Below are positions 27,006 through 39,214 of a DNA stretch of 64,000 bases, in pieces (positions within the stretch are counted from its first letter, which is position 1; each line of letters starts with the position of its first letter). This stretch comes from Lama guanicoe. Its lineage: Eukaryota. The translations under genes and the position numbers were made by a program. The stretch is taken from assembly GCA_013239625.1 (NCBI GenBank), contig MU053881.1, positions 9,881,957-9,945,956 of the forward strand, in the 5' to 3' direction. The notes beneath the pieces are model-generated. The model saw only the letters and a list, made by a program, of their open reading frames with translations. It did no database searches and was not told where the DNA came from.

Positions 27006-27171
27006 ACTTGGGTCATTCAGGGATGATGAGAAAGCCGCACGATGCTGAGTTTCAATTGCAGTCTTGAGGCAGGTCCCATGGTTCCCACTGTCTTTGGAGA
27101 ATGTCTTGCTCATCAAATTGGTAACACTGGACCCAAAGGTAAATCTCAAATATGAGCATGACTGTATTTTT
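27006..27171 (-). other. Candidate 166-nt spliced exon (probably 5' UTR or non-coding; one frame open)
   Basis: Minus strand: ctacttacacactctttttag|aaaaatacag...gacccaagt|gtgagttc; unique sequence, more GC-balanced than flanks; open frame KIQSCSYLRFTFGSSVTNLMSKTFSKDSGNHGTCLKTAIETQHRAAFSSSLNDPS. Confidence 0.55.
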
Positions 27172-27292
27172 CTAAAAAGAGTGTGTAAGTAGTGTCTCTG
27201 ATACAACAATGAAGAGCAGAAAGATTTCAGTTACAAAATTATCTCCTTCAACATCTATTTTAGAATTAAGTGTTTAATTACTTAAGCGAAGG

Positions 27293-27503
27293 ATAGGTCA
27301 ATTTCACCACTACTGACATTCTGGGTCTGGATAACTCTTGGTTGTAGGAGGCTGTTTTGTATCTTGCAGGATGTTTAGCAGTGTCCCTGAACTCTACCCA
27401 CTAGATGGCAGAAGCACTTCCTCCCCTTGAGTCAACCAAAAGTCTCCTGACACGGCCGAATGTTTCCTGGTAGGTAAAATAGCTCCTGACTGAGAATGCC
27501 TGG
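27293..27503 (-). mobile_element. MER20 hAT-Charlie MITE
   Basis: cactactgacattctgggtctggataactcttggttgtagg...gcaggatgtttagcagtgtccctgaactctacccactagatg...caaccaaaagtctcc. Confidence 0.9.
27398..27411 (+). promoter_or_regulatory. CTCF core motif inside MER20
   Basis: CCACTAGATGGCAG matches the consensus CCASYAGRKGGCRS at every position. Confidence 0.55.
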
Positions 27504-29380
27504 ATTACTAGAAGGATGATAATGATGTAGCCTAAATTATTCTCTAGAAAATTTCCATTTCACCGTAAAAATACATCAACAGAACAATGACTTTTGCATT
27601 ATGGCTCCGAAGTCTGAGAAGTTGCTGTCTAAATACAATGTATTCACAAAACACCTACATCTTGGTTAACATTTTAAAGTCACAAGATGCCTTGCCTCTA
27701 AGAAACATGTAGTAAAAATTAATCACAATGGTAGTTTGAAAGGCAAAACAGTGTCATATTCTAAGATGCTACCTTCTGTTTAAGGTTTCAACAGGAAAAT
27801 ACAGTACAGTCCAACAATGGCAAACAGTTTGGAAATAGATGCCAAAACTCCAGCTGACTGGTAGTGGCTGATGAGAGCCTGTACGGAGAACGATTCTGGT
27901 GATGGGTCCAGGATCAGCAGGAAAGAGGGCTGTGATGGATTAGCAATGTCTGCCTTGGACAATGCAAAGGAAATAATGGCACATATTTCACAAACTGGCT
28001 CATTCCCTTCCAGTCATTTTAACCAACTTGCTCTCTAGATTTTTTTTAAGCATCTTAGGAGACTGTGTTATGCTCTTGTTTTTGTGTTGCATAAGTAAAT
28101 ACATAAAAGAAAAAAAAGATGAAAATAAAGATCACTTCTAAGTACTGATGAAGCATCTCCTCTTCCTTAGGCACTACTTTTGGCTAATGGACAGTCCACT
28201 GAATTAAAAAAAACCCGTCTTTTATATCAAAATGAATGCTCTCCTGTGGGGGCAGGGAAGTGGGGGAACAAACCATTCTTTTATTTTAAAAATAGTCACA
28301 CCGAGTATTGACTTCCCAGGAACATACAGTTTCTACTCAAATCTGTCTAGTTCTTTTTTTTTTTTTTGCTTTTGTTTTTTTCATATTTTTCCAGTATTTC
28401 TCTTAATTTCTGAGTTGCAAAGAATAAATATCAGGCCAATTTCTCTTCACAGTGAGATGGTGGTATGAATTTAGTCTTCATGAATGCTGTGATATAGAAA
28501 GTTCTGTGCTTCTTTAGGGATAATAATGGGTACACTTATGATAATTCTTGTGGAATGTTAACAAGAAGTGGTCAGGCATAAAACAGGATATGTCAATGAC
28601 CCTTTGGAAGGTTCCCCTCCAAATAACACTGTATGTTATTTATTATTTCTCCCATAAAATTAAATAAGGGATAACCAAGTAGTTGTAAACAACTCCTTTA
28701 GATTAATGCTGGGTACATAATAATCGTAATAATAATTTACAAAACGATTTTCTAGTTATAAGCCATCCCCTTTCTTGACTTTCCCATTTCTATGGCTAGG
28801 ACTAGCAGATATTAGATTAGTAGTCAGTGTTCACAAAAAAAGAAAAGTTCTCCTCGTTTTTCCTCAATTGTACATATAGTGAGAATCAAATTAATAAGCT
28901 CTTCTGAGATAAGGGTTCTGGGCTCCCTGCCCATGGAATGACTGTAAGGCAACCCAACTTGGAAGGGCCCAATCAAATTTGTATCTCGGCACCAAAAGTG
29001 CAAATAACATGGAAAAAGTGAAACCACAGCTATTAAATCCTTAACTGCTAAGGGTCTGCTATAGATAATGTGGACATAAAGCTGTGTTGACCTGATTTCT
29101 TTGTGTCATGGGTTGATTTAATTTCCCTGGTAAAAGATTGGACTTTATGGGGTGGGTTTTGGGGTATTACCTCAAAGTAGATTAAAGTCTTGGGAATAGA
29201 CTTGCATATGGATGATAAAAGGGTGAAAATAAACCCTTGACCCCAAATCGGAGGTAAGTTGGGCTTCTAAAGATAATGGCCACAAAAGTTCATTGGGAAA
29301 TGTGACTGGCCACTTTGAAGTCATAGCTTTATCAGTTCCAGGTGGAATGGTTATAGAGGAGTTCAGCACAGACTCATTAC

Positions 29381-29611
29381 CGAGCCTCAAGTCCACTGGT
29401 TGAGCAGTTCCAAGTTCACTATCGAGCCGTTTTCCGCCCACTCTGACCAGTTCTTTAAGAAGCAGTTGTTTCACTTCTTCCTTGCTGACCTCCTGCTATT
29501 TTTACACTCCTAATGCTCAAGGTCATGTCAAGATCAAGTCTGACTGCACAAGTTCAAGTAGCTTTGGAAATATCCTTTACCACCCTCAGGTTAACCAGAC
29601 TTCTGCAACAG
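29381..29611 (-). other. Candidate exon (222 or 231 nt)
   Basis: Minus strand: long pyrimidine tract tattctttcttttgaag|ctgttgcag|aag...gaggctcg|gtaatg; donor only moderate. Confidence 0.35.
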
Positions 29612-31214
29612 CTTCAAAAGAAAGAATACACTTCTCAGAGAAAGAAGAAAATATACTTTACCTTTAGAGGGGAAAATATTAGTAATAGTGAATGATTTCA
29701 TTCATTGGGAGCACGCTGGCAAATTGTTTGGGTTTCTGGAAAAGAAAGTTAGGGTTAAAATCCAATAGAAAAGACAGAGCACACTCAAGACAAACCCACG
29801 GGTTCCTTGGTCAAACATCCTGTGTTGCAGAACTGGCTTCTCTGCAATCTGGTGCCAAAAATTAATCTGAGATAAGGTCAAGGACAGAGCCACTGAGGGG
29901 ATTTTAAAAGTATATTTAGATGCACACTGCAATTGAACTAATGTTGGGTAAGTGAGGGAGTAAAACAAATTACACGATTCGTTATCAGCGTGAAAGATTT
30001 GGATAGAGAAGACTCCCATTTGAAAGAACACTTTGGGGCTTTTCCTTCTGCAAGAAACATGTTTCATGTCATCCAGACACTAAGTAGATTTCTTTCACAA
30101 AAACTGTTACATTATCTGGGTAAACATGTCAATCAAAACTACAACTAGCAATTTACAGCAATGATGCTAGATTTAACATCTAGAGAGCAAGATTCCAGTG
30201 GGAAATCGTGTTTTTATTTACCTTTTTGTTACTAGTACAATTTAAAAAAAATTTATATAAAGAGCTTTGAAAAGAGAGTATTTATGTTACAACCAAAACA
30301 AATCTTTAAAACTTTGAAGGCTTTTTTATTGGATTGCTCTGGTTTTCAGTTTAAGAGATGATTTCTCCAAAACACTATTTACACAATTTTTGAGGGTATC
30401 TCAGAACAAACACTTTTTCTAACAATGAAGCTTTCGGAGAGTGGTGGCATGGTATCTTACTCTGCTTGTACGTTGGAGGCTTAATCATTACTTATTAATT
30501 TTCCTATTTTCATGAGATTTTTCTCAAACTTAATATTCTATTAAGGTAGCATCTGTTAGAGGAATTATCTTGGTTTTTTAAAGCAAATTTTAGCTGATTA
30601 CCATGAATCTACATAATTAGAATTAGGTCTAATTATGTAGTGTAAATACATGTAATATATTTATAACATATAATGACATAATTATGATTCACAATAATGT
30701 TGAAAAACTCCTCCTTAAAATTAGTACAAAAAATATGCTGCTCAACCCCTCTACAATTTATTAGCAATTTTACAATGCGTATTTTTCTGTAGCTTCTAAA
30801 ATGGAACTTGGTAAGAAAATATAATTAAAGATAAACATATTTTGAAGTTATTGCCCCAAAAGAATACCACCAAACCTTCACTAGATTTCAAAACTATAAA
30901 TATTTTGCAACTTGTTTAAAAAGAGTGCATCTTAAAATGCTAATCCTAATAACCATACCAAATTCCAAATGTTTAGAATATCTAGCAAGTGTTTATACAG
31001 TATGGTTCTAATTCGTCTTATAAATCACTTATCAAAATGTTAGAAAATGTAGCAAAATATGATGATTTTCACCTGTATACTAACTGGAAGTATGATGGGA
31101 AAAACTGGGAGGTCCATCTGCACATTTCATATACTGTTTAATTACAATGTACATTTCAAATGATAGGAAACAACTATTCACTTAATTCATATGATACATA
31201 TGATAAACACAGGA

Positions 31215-31405
31215 GGACTGACTTTTTTTTTCCCTGTGAAGAATCAGACAGTAAATATTTTAAGTAAAGAGGGCCATATGGTCTGTTACAAGTACTCAGC
31301 TTTGCTTTTATAGCTCTAAAGTAGCCACAGACAATACGTCAATGGACGTGGCTCTGGTCTGACAGAATTTTATCTACAAAACAGGCAGTTGTGGGACTTG
31401 ACCTT
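31215..31405 (-). mobile_element. MER58A MITE
   Basis: cagacagtaaatattttaag...gggccatatggtctgttacaagtactcagctttgc...gtagccacagacaatacgtcaatgg. Confidence 0.8.
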
Positions 31406-31444
31406 GGAGGGGTGTGGAGGATACCTATCCCAGCAGCGTTTCTT

Positions 31445-31725
31445 AGGGACCGAAAGAATGGATTCTGGAGCTTGTCCTCTCTGCTTATACCTTGCTGTCA
31501 CCATTGAGTAACTCTGTGACCTTAGCTAACTTACTTTAGTTTTCTCATTTGTAAAATGGCAGGAATACCCATTTCCTAATTCATAAGGTTGTTGTGAGGA
31601 TAAAAACGAAGTAATTTATGTAAAACACTTACTATAATAGGGTATGTCTTCATTGTAGGAGGAATAAATTGGTGTTTACAGATACATAGCATGTATATGC
31701 AAAATATTTGGTACTCAACATTCAT
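31445..31725 (+). mobile_element. MIR SINE
   Basis: ctgtgaccttagctaacttactttagttttctcatttgtaaaatggc...ggttgttgtgaggataaaacgaagtaat. Confidence 0.75.
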
Positions 31726-32004
31726 TGTCAAAGTTTGATAGCATTGAAGTTTTACAACCATTGGTGTAGCTGTTGGAGCAAAGTAGCCAACCTGATCAAT
31801 TATTTTTCCAAAATGGAAAAGAACACTGCGTCCTAATAAGTTTGATCTTATACGTAAGGCATCAATTACAAAAATACACTAAATAAATTATGTATACTTA
31901 GATGATATACTTTATACATACATATCACTCCATATATAGAAAGCATATGATTATGTATTCATGCATATTCAATCAACAAACAATTGTTCAATGACTAATA
32001 TACA

Positions 32005-32130
32005 TAGCAGCAGTGACACTGTCAGAAATGCAGAATCTTGGGCCCCATCCTGGTCCTAATAAACCAGAATCTGCATTTTAACAAGAGCCCCTGGTGATGA
32101 TTCCCAGGAACATTAACATTTGGAAAGTGA
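32005..32130. mobile_element. MER5-family MITE
   Basis: gtcagaaatgcagaatcttgggccccatcc...cagaatctgcattttaacaagagcccctggtgat. Confidence 0.75.
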
Positions 32131-32649
32131 CGTGTGGTACTGCTGAAAGCCTTGGCAGTAACGCCTTTCCAAGGAAGAGGATGGGGCAGAGAACATCTAA
32201 CCCCTTGGGCTCAACTTCACAGATGAACACACAATCCCTCCAGTCAACTCTGCAGCCCCTGGGCTGTGGGAGAATTCTCTACTATCCATATACCACTAGG
32301 TCAATGGAACATCCAAAATAATACAGAGTTGCTAACCTGCCCCTGTATGCTTACACACTAAACCTTACTTCCAGGACTTGACTTGTCCTGTTTACCTACA
32401 TACCTGTGTTTCCTACGAAGATTTAAGCCACTTTGGTGCAGGGGGACAGACTTGGTTTTATCCATTTTCCATTCTTCTCATCCCAGATTTCTCCCTGACC
32501 CTCCTCGTATCTAATACTGACAGAGTGTCCACCACATACTTGATGCTAAGGAAATGTATGCTAAATTTTTGATAATCCATAGAGACAAGTCTACTACAAA
32601 AGATAATTCTTTTACTCACAGGGAACAGAGCAAGGCCAAGACATATAGA

Positions 32650-32850
32650 GCAGGGGGTGGCAAATTACAACCCTCCATCCGCTTTTGTAAATAAAGTTTT
32701 ATTGGCAGCCATACTTTGATGCTCACGTATTGTCTACGGCTGCTTCTGCACTACACTGGTACACTGGGCAGTTGTGACAGAAACGAGGTGGCCCACAATG
32801 ACTAAAATGTGTACTATCTGGCCATTTACAGAAAATTCGCCCGCTCCTCT
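32650..32850 (+). mobile_element. MER58A MITE
   Basis: cagggggtggcaaattac...ttttgtaaataaagttttattgg...tactatctggccatttacagaaaa. Confidence 0.85.
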
Positions 32851-34939
32851 CACAAAGCTCGGGCATGGGTCCTTAAAGCCCTCCGTGCTTGCTTATACGT
32901 GGTAACACTGCTGACCTCCGTGGGCTGGTGAATTCAGCAAGAATGGTCCAAATTGCACAGGGGCCAGGACTCACTTGGGGAACGAAAAGGCCTTTCAGGA
33001 GAAGCAAAAGTAACCAGCAGTGAGTCTCCTTCCTGGTCTTTCAAGCCTGACTCTTTTTCACAGAACATGTAATACAATTTTGAGTAGGACCAAAGGTTAA
33101 CTCACACTTTGATGATCAAAACACATCCTCCACCCCCTTCTCGTTTAAACTATGTGTAATTGAGTAAATTTGGAAAAGCATTCATGCAACTTGTTCTGTT
33201 AACCTTAAAATTCCCCCATCTCCTCACCATTCTGCCTTCTCCTGTGTTCTGACAAATCTTCTAAATCCCCACAGGGAAAGAAAAATTCTCTATGGGACCT
33301 CTCTCTCCAGTTCTGCTTAAATTAGACAGCTGTACTCTTAGCAGTCATTCAAAACGTCCTGTCCCATCTCACAAGGCAAAACCTTCTAATATTTTACTGA
33401 TATGTGAGACCTTTGTCCCCTTAACCATAACTGAAATTTATTTCACATTTTTTACCTTCCTACATACTGTTCCAAATATCACTCATGTATCACTCAGGGT
33501 TTGATCAGAGAAGTGGATACATAATATCCAGTGTTTAATGGAATGTCTTAGTAACACTTCACCTTGTATTTTAGCATTTAAAGTATCATTACTATTATTA
33601 TTTGTTTGCTTTGAATACACTGCTACTGTAGTCTTAGGGATTCTGAATATGCACTTTCCCAGACAAAAGTTTCATTAAAGGACACATTCGCTATTTATCA
33701 ATTGGATGGAGACAGCAGGACAAGGTAGAGCCAAGCTCACTCCTCGACATTAACTCACTGCCTCGTATCTTTGTCCTTCTTCTCTGAGGGCGAGGATGAG
33801 GATCACGGTCCTGGCCCCACAGTCAATTCCCAACCTAGGAGGACACATAACTATCATAATTGGGTCAGAGCCAGCTCTTGGACTTTGCTGTGTCCACCTG
33901 CCCGGAACTGAAATATCCAGAGAAAGGACAATCTAAATGTCAATTTTTTAGGCTTTACAAATCATTACCTTTCTGTGTCAAGGATTTGCTAAAGAAAAAG
34001 CATTACATGAATTCCAATTAACATTGCCAGTGTTACTGACGTAACTCTTTGTGAGTCACTGTAATTATTTAAAATGTGTAAGAACCGATCCAATATAAAG
34101 ATGGCAGTGGATGTGAATGAACCCAGCTACTTCCCGATGCCCACGGACCTGAGCCAACTTGGTTATTTGCCGCTGTGAAAGTTACACGTCAGCTGCAGAC
34201 CAGACCTCCGTCTTATGCACTCAATAACAGGTCACAGTGGAAGCAAGTGTCAGGGCAAATTTAGCCCCACAAACAGGCATTTGTGAGCAGGCCCAGGGGA
34301 TCACACATCCGAACGCCAGGCCTCCATCTTTTCAGGTGCTCCAAGAACACCTTGCATACGCTGTTATCATTAAGGCAGGTGCTTTCAGAAGGATCTGGCC
34401 AACCACAGAGTTAGAAGACCTAACTGATCAGTAGCCCAGTAACCTGAGAATTCAGTCTAATATTTCTCTCAATTCTGAATTTTCTGCGAGATCAGAGAGC
34501 CCTCAACAGTATTTTATCAATGCACTTGTCTTCAGTGCCACAGATTTCCCAATGACCTCTTCTTACTAACAGTTCTTATGCTATTTAACAAAACTCCAGT
34601 GTCGTTCAGAGAAAAAGAGAGTGGCTTCCTGTAACAGCTGCCTCTGGAATGTGGCCTTTTGTGTGGAATGTACACACCTGATTAGGGCAACGAACCACCT
34701 CACATCCTATAGTCAAGGGAACACAAATAAACACACCACAGTGCCAGTGCTGAATTTTTTTTCAGTGTTAGTTACAGACTTGATAACATTTCCAGTATTC
34801 TCACATCCACTGATTGTGGTACTCAGTCCTTCCCTCATTCAAAGAAATAGGCATTAGGCTGAAGCCCTGTGCTATATAGACTGAGGTCATAAAGATGAAT
34901 GACAGAGCCCTGCTGTTCAAATGTCCCAGCGTAGGGCCT

Positions 34940-35100
34940 CACTCTTCCAAGTGTGGTCCACAGACCAACAGCGTCAGTATCATTTGAGATCACGTTAGAA
35001 ATGCAGGGTCTCAGCCCCCAGCCCAAATTTTCTGAAGCAGTTACATTTTAACGAGATGCCAGGGGCCCCCTCTGCACGTGAATGTTTCGGATGCAAGATC
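34940..35100. mobile_element. MER5-family MITE
   Basis: caagtgtggtccacagaccaacagcgtcagtatcatttgagatcacgttagaaatgcagggtctcagccccc. Confidence 0.8.
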
Positions 35101-36229
35101 TCGCGTGGGAGATGTCCTCCAGTATTAGAGTGCATCTAAGTTACCCAGGCTGCGGGGAGGAGCCTGATAGAGATTGCGTATTTCCAAGCCTTTCTTTACG
35201 GTGGGATAGGGCCCAGTGGTATGCAATTAACAAGCAGGCAATTTTTCTGCAGGGGGTTCTGAGAGGTCTTTGAAAAAACAGTAGACAGTTGGAGGGTAAT
35301 AAGAGCAATTTGGGGGCAGGGGGCGATGGGGGAGGGTAAAGGAGTCAGTGTTGAAATGAAAGTATCTTCAGTTTAAAACTACTGCGCTTTGTGTTGCTGG
35401 CATTGAATACTTTGTTTTTTGGGTCTGATGGAACAGACAGCTTGCCTAATTGCTGCTCCAGCTCAGAAGGGTCACAGACTTGAATATCTGTTGCTGCTAG
35501 AGGTCTTTTTTCATACCTAATGCATATCAAATAATTTAGGCCATTTCTGTGTCTGACAAAATGGATTTTTGACAGAAACAAGGAGGTCTAAACATTAGTC
35601 ATTACGGAGAGCTAATCACAGGGTAGTAAGACACTTGTTCATTATTATTAAGCATCTCATTCACTTTGCATTTTTCTAAAGTAAACTGCTTTGCATTCGT
35701 GTGAGGGGAGAGGGACAGAGAATCTGCCCCAACAAGGTCTGTGAGTTCATCATCTAAAGCCTAACAAATGAACTGTATCCCTATTTTTTTTTAACATATC
35801 AACTAAAGAGAAATGTTAATGACACGCCCAAGAGCAGCTTTCCATAACCAGAGCTGAGCTACTGCCTTGCAATTCTGCCTCCAGTCTTAGTTTTTTGAGC
35901 CAAGTTAACAAGGAAAAGGTTTTCAGGTAACCTAGATTGCTGCTTTTATAAGTGCTTGTTATAGCTGTAGAGAAATAAAAAGAAGTGCCGAGTGGGAGGA
36001 ACACATTATCACCTAGAAAAATGAGTAAGAAAGGAATCATTTTAGGCCTGCACGCTGGATAGAAAGTGAAAAGGCCCATCAGTGCAGGTCTAGAAATTTG
36101 CTAATTTTCAGGTCATCACACAGAAAGGGAGTTCTCATTCAAAGATAAGATGTAATTTGAGGTGGCTGCCTTGGGGACTCTGTACTTTTGGCAGTGCTGA
36201 AAAGGATTTTTAGCTCAGTTTTCCTTTTC

Positions 36230-36660
36230 AAAGAATTTATTCTATAGACTTACCCAGACAAGAGTGCAAAGATGGTGTCTAGAGGGGTATTTGCTACAGT
36301 ATTATTTTCACTGGTGAATAATTGGAAAACGCACAAATATAGATTGATAAAAGTTCAGGTGAATAAGTTATGAAATATCCAACAATGGAATACTATACAG
36401 CCATTAAAAAGGAAAAACTAGTTTGTTTTTACGAAAGTATGCCTACTTACTAAACAGAAAAGCAAGTTGCAGAACAGTATCTATGAACTATAATATGTAA
36501 AAATATTCACATGTGAGTAAGAAAGATCTCAGAGAATACACAGTAAAATATTGAGAAAAGCTATTTTTGAGTAAGGTAGAGGTAATTTTTATACCCAAAT
36601 GTATACTTTTGTACTAATTTACTTAACAATCATGCATTGTCCTTAACATCGGGAAACAAA
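36230..36660 (+). mobile_element. Old L1 (L1ME-like) 3' fragment
   Basis: gaatttattcta...atccaacaatggaatactatacagccattaaaaag. Confidence 0.6.
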
Positions 36661-37537
36661 AAATAGTGTGTAAAGGATCCTGAGAGATTGTCAGTCAGCC
36701 TATTTACTCTAATCTTTTTTTTTTTTTCAATAGATGAGCATTCTGGGGTCTAGGAATGGACTGGCCTGAATTCTACAAGGGAGTTAATTGTTAAGAAAGC
36801 CACATCAATTGCCAAGGCCCACTGGAAACTTCAAAAGAGCAAATGCCTGCGTGGCTGTCGTCTGCCTCCTGAATCTTCCTGGCAAAGACTTTCAGAGTCT
36901 CCAGTGTTGTGATCAGGAGCTGGAGGAAGCCGGAAGATCTGCATCAACAGATGATAAAGCTCAGCCAGAGATCTAGAAGGGAGAGGCTCTGCTGTGCACA
37001 TGTCTTTCAAATTAATAATCTGGCAGCTAATTTTTGAACTAACTATAATTTGTATGTGGCACCTTCTGTCAAAGCTGTCGACACGGAGCTGCTTTCACTT
37101 CACACTGGCTTTCTAGCTGGAAGGGCTGGCGTGGGTCCAGGTGCTACACCCTGCTAACACGGGCTGCCATCAAGTTGTACTCTTTGGCTGAAACCACTGG
37201 GTAATTCCACGAGCAAATGCAGGTACCTATTTATAAATGTGATTTCTACTAGAAAGACACTAGGAAAGACTAGAAAGATTACTAGAAAGATGCAAGAAAG
37301 AGATAAGAGACCAGAGACCCCCTACCCCACCTCCACCCTTCTACCTCACCTCTTCTCCAGAAGATAAAACCAAAGTTCCAAATCTCAGAGAAGCGTTAAG
37401 CATGAAGTCAGGATATCTAGAACTCAGGCCGTTCAGCAATTCTATACTGTCAGCTAGTTACAGGATTTTGAATAAAGGATTGGAGGCATTGCCACAGTTT
37501 CCTCACCTATCAAGTATCAGTAAAAATATTTACTTGA

Positions 37538-37684
37538 GGGGGAGGGTATAGCTCCGTGGTAGAGTGTGTGCCTAGCATGCCCAGGGTCCTGGGTTCATTC
37601 CCAAGTACCTCCATCAAAATAAACAAACCAACCAACCTAATTATCCAGCCCCTAATCTTTTTGAATCAAAAAAATTAAAAATAA
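37538..37684 (+). mobile_element. Camelid tRNA-derived SINE (Vic-1-like), full length
   Basis: ggggagggtatagctccgtggtagagtgtgtgcctagcatgcccagggtcctgggttcattcccaagtacctcc with A and B boxes; A-rich tail; 16-bp TSD aaaaatatttac(t/c)tga at 37522-37537 and 37685-37700. Confidence 0.92.
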
Positions 37685-39214
37685 AAAAATATTTACCTGA
37701 TCTACTTTGTAAACACTACATGAAATATCAGGTTGTCAAGGAGAGCTTCCATGTTTGGATATTGACCTTTTTTTGTGAATCAAAATTGAGTATCTCAACA
37801 CTTCAATCCCAACAACCTTTCCACAGGGTACCACTCATACAACCTGAAGCAGCAGCACAAGCAATAGCCTCTCTTGGTCTTTTTTTCTGTCAATAGACCC
37901 CTGTTATTCTGCTTTATCCCTGGGGGTCCATGTCTGCAGGGAGGCAGTCCTGGCCCCAGGGGATAACTGGTAATTGGTCTGATCTAATCCCATGACCTCC
38001 CTCCCTTGCTTCCAATTCCTTTAAACATTATGTACCATCTCTTCCAGTTGACTGATGGGTTATCTTCTTAAGGCTTCTCGGAAGCATTTTCCTTCATCTT
38101 ATAAAAAGACCTTTAAGACGAAACTTCACGCCTTTGGCAACCAGCCACTCTCAACTGCAAATGGTACCTGACTGCACAGAAATCTTGAAAGCACAAGAAG
38201 AGAGCAGGCAGAAGGCAATGAGGAGCCGTGGCAATGACACCACTGTCCCTGGGCTGTGGAATCCTACAATGGTGACAAAGTTCTCCAATTTTCTTCCAAG
38301 ACCACATAACTGGCCAGGTCACAAGCTATGGTTTTTGATGAAAGCCATCTTTATCTCCCTTCTGCCTTTTGCATTAGTACGCACAATCAAGTCCAAGAGT
38401 ACAGTGAAAATATTTCCTGCCTTAGAGCTCTTAGGAAGTTCAAATTCCCAGGACCAAGGTTAAGGTGGAACCGGAAATCTGATCAGTAAAATATCTGCAG
38501 GTATCAAGGAACCTATAAGGTAGCTGTATTTCTTAAAATGTATTGTAGCACATACATATCCTGTAAAATGTTACTAAATTTTAAATGGACTGAAAGAGGG
38601 ACATCGGGAAAGGGTGGGTGTAAAAAAGTTAAACAGGCTGCTCGTTTTTTTTTTCCAATTTTTGACACTGTTGTTGATTTCATTGATTATTTTATTGTAG
38701 ACGTTCTCAGAACTCTGAACATGTCAACATACACTGTACATCTCCGATAGGAAGATGCAGTTTTTAATGTTTTCTAATTATTCTGATTATATTATTGTAT
38801 TTAACTTGAGCATTTCATAGGTGAGGCACTCATCAGAAAAACAAAATAAAACCACAAAACAATAAGGATAAAACCCCACAAATTTGGAAGCCACTGTTTT
38901 GTTGGCGTACAGATTACATCATTTAGCCTGCTCATTTTGTTGACCTGGGAGACCTCGATTTCATTCTGTCTAAGGTGTCCCTGGGGTGTCTGTGCCTTAG
39001 CCACAAAAGGAATCATTTTCTTCTGAAACACGAGATAGGACAAAATTATGACCATCGTAATCCCCATCGTCTTCAAAATGAATCCTATTCATTTATTCAA
39101 CACAAATATTTATATTTATTGAGTACCCACCACCTGTCTGATAGTGTTGTAAGCATACGGACGAGAACACATCCCTGTTCTCATGGGACAGACAATTTAA
39201 TTGGAGTAAAACAT

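Noticed and set aside
37538..37612. tRNA-like sequence
   Set aside because: SINE head with A-tail and TSD, not a tRNA gene
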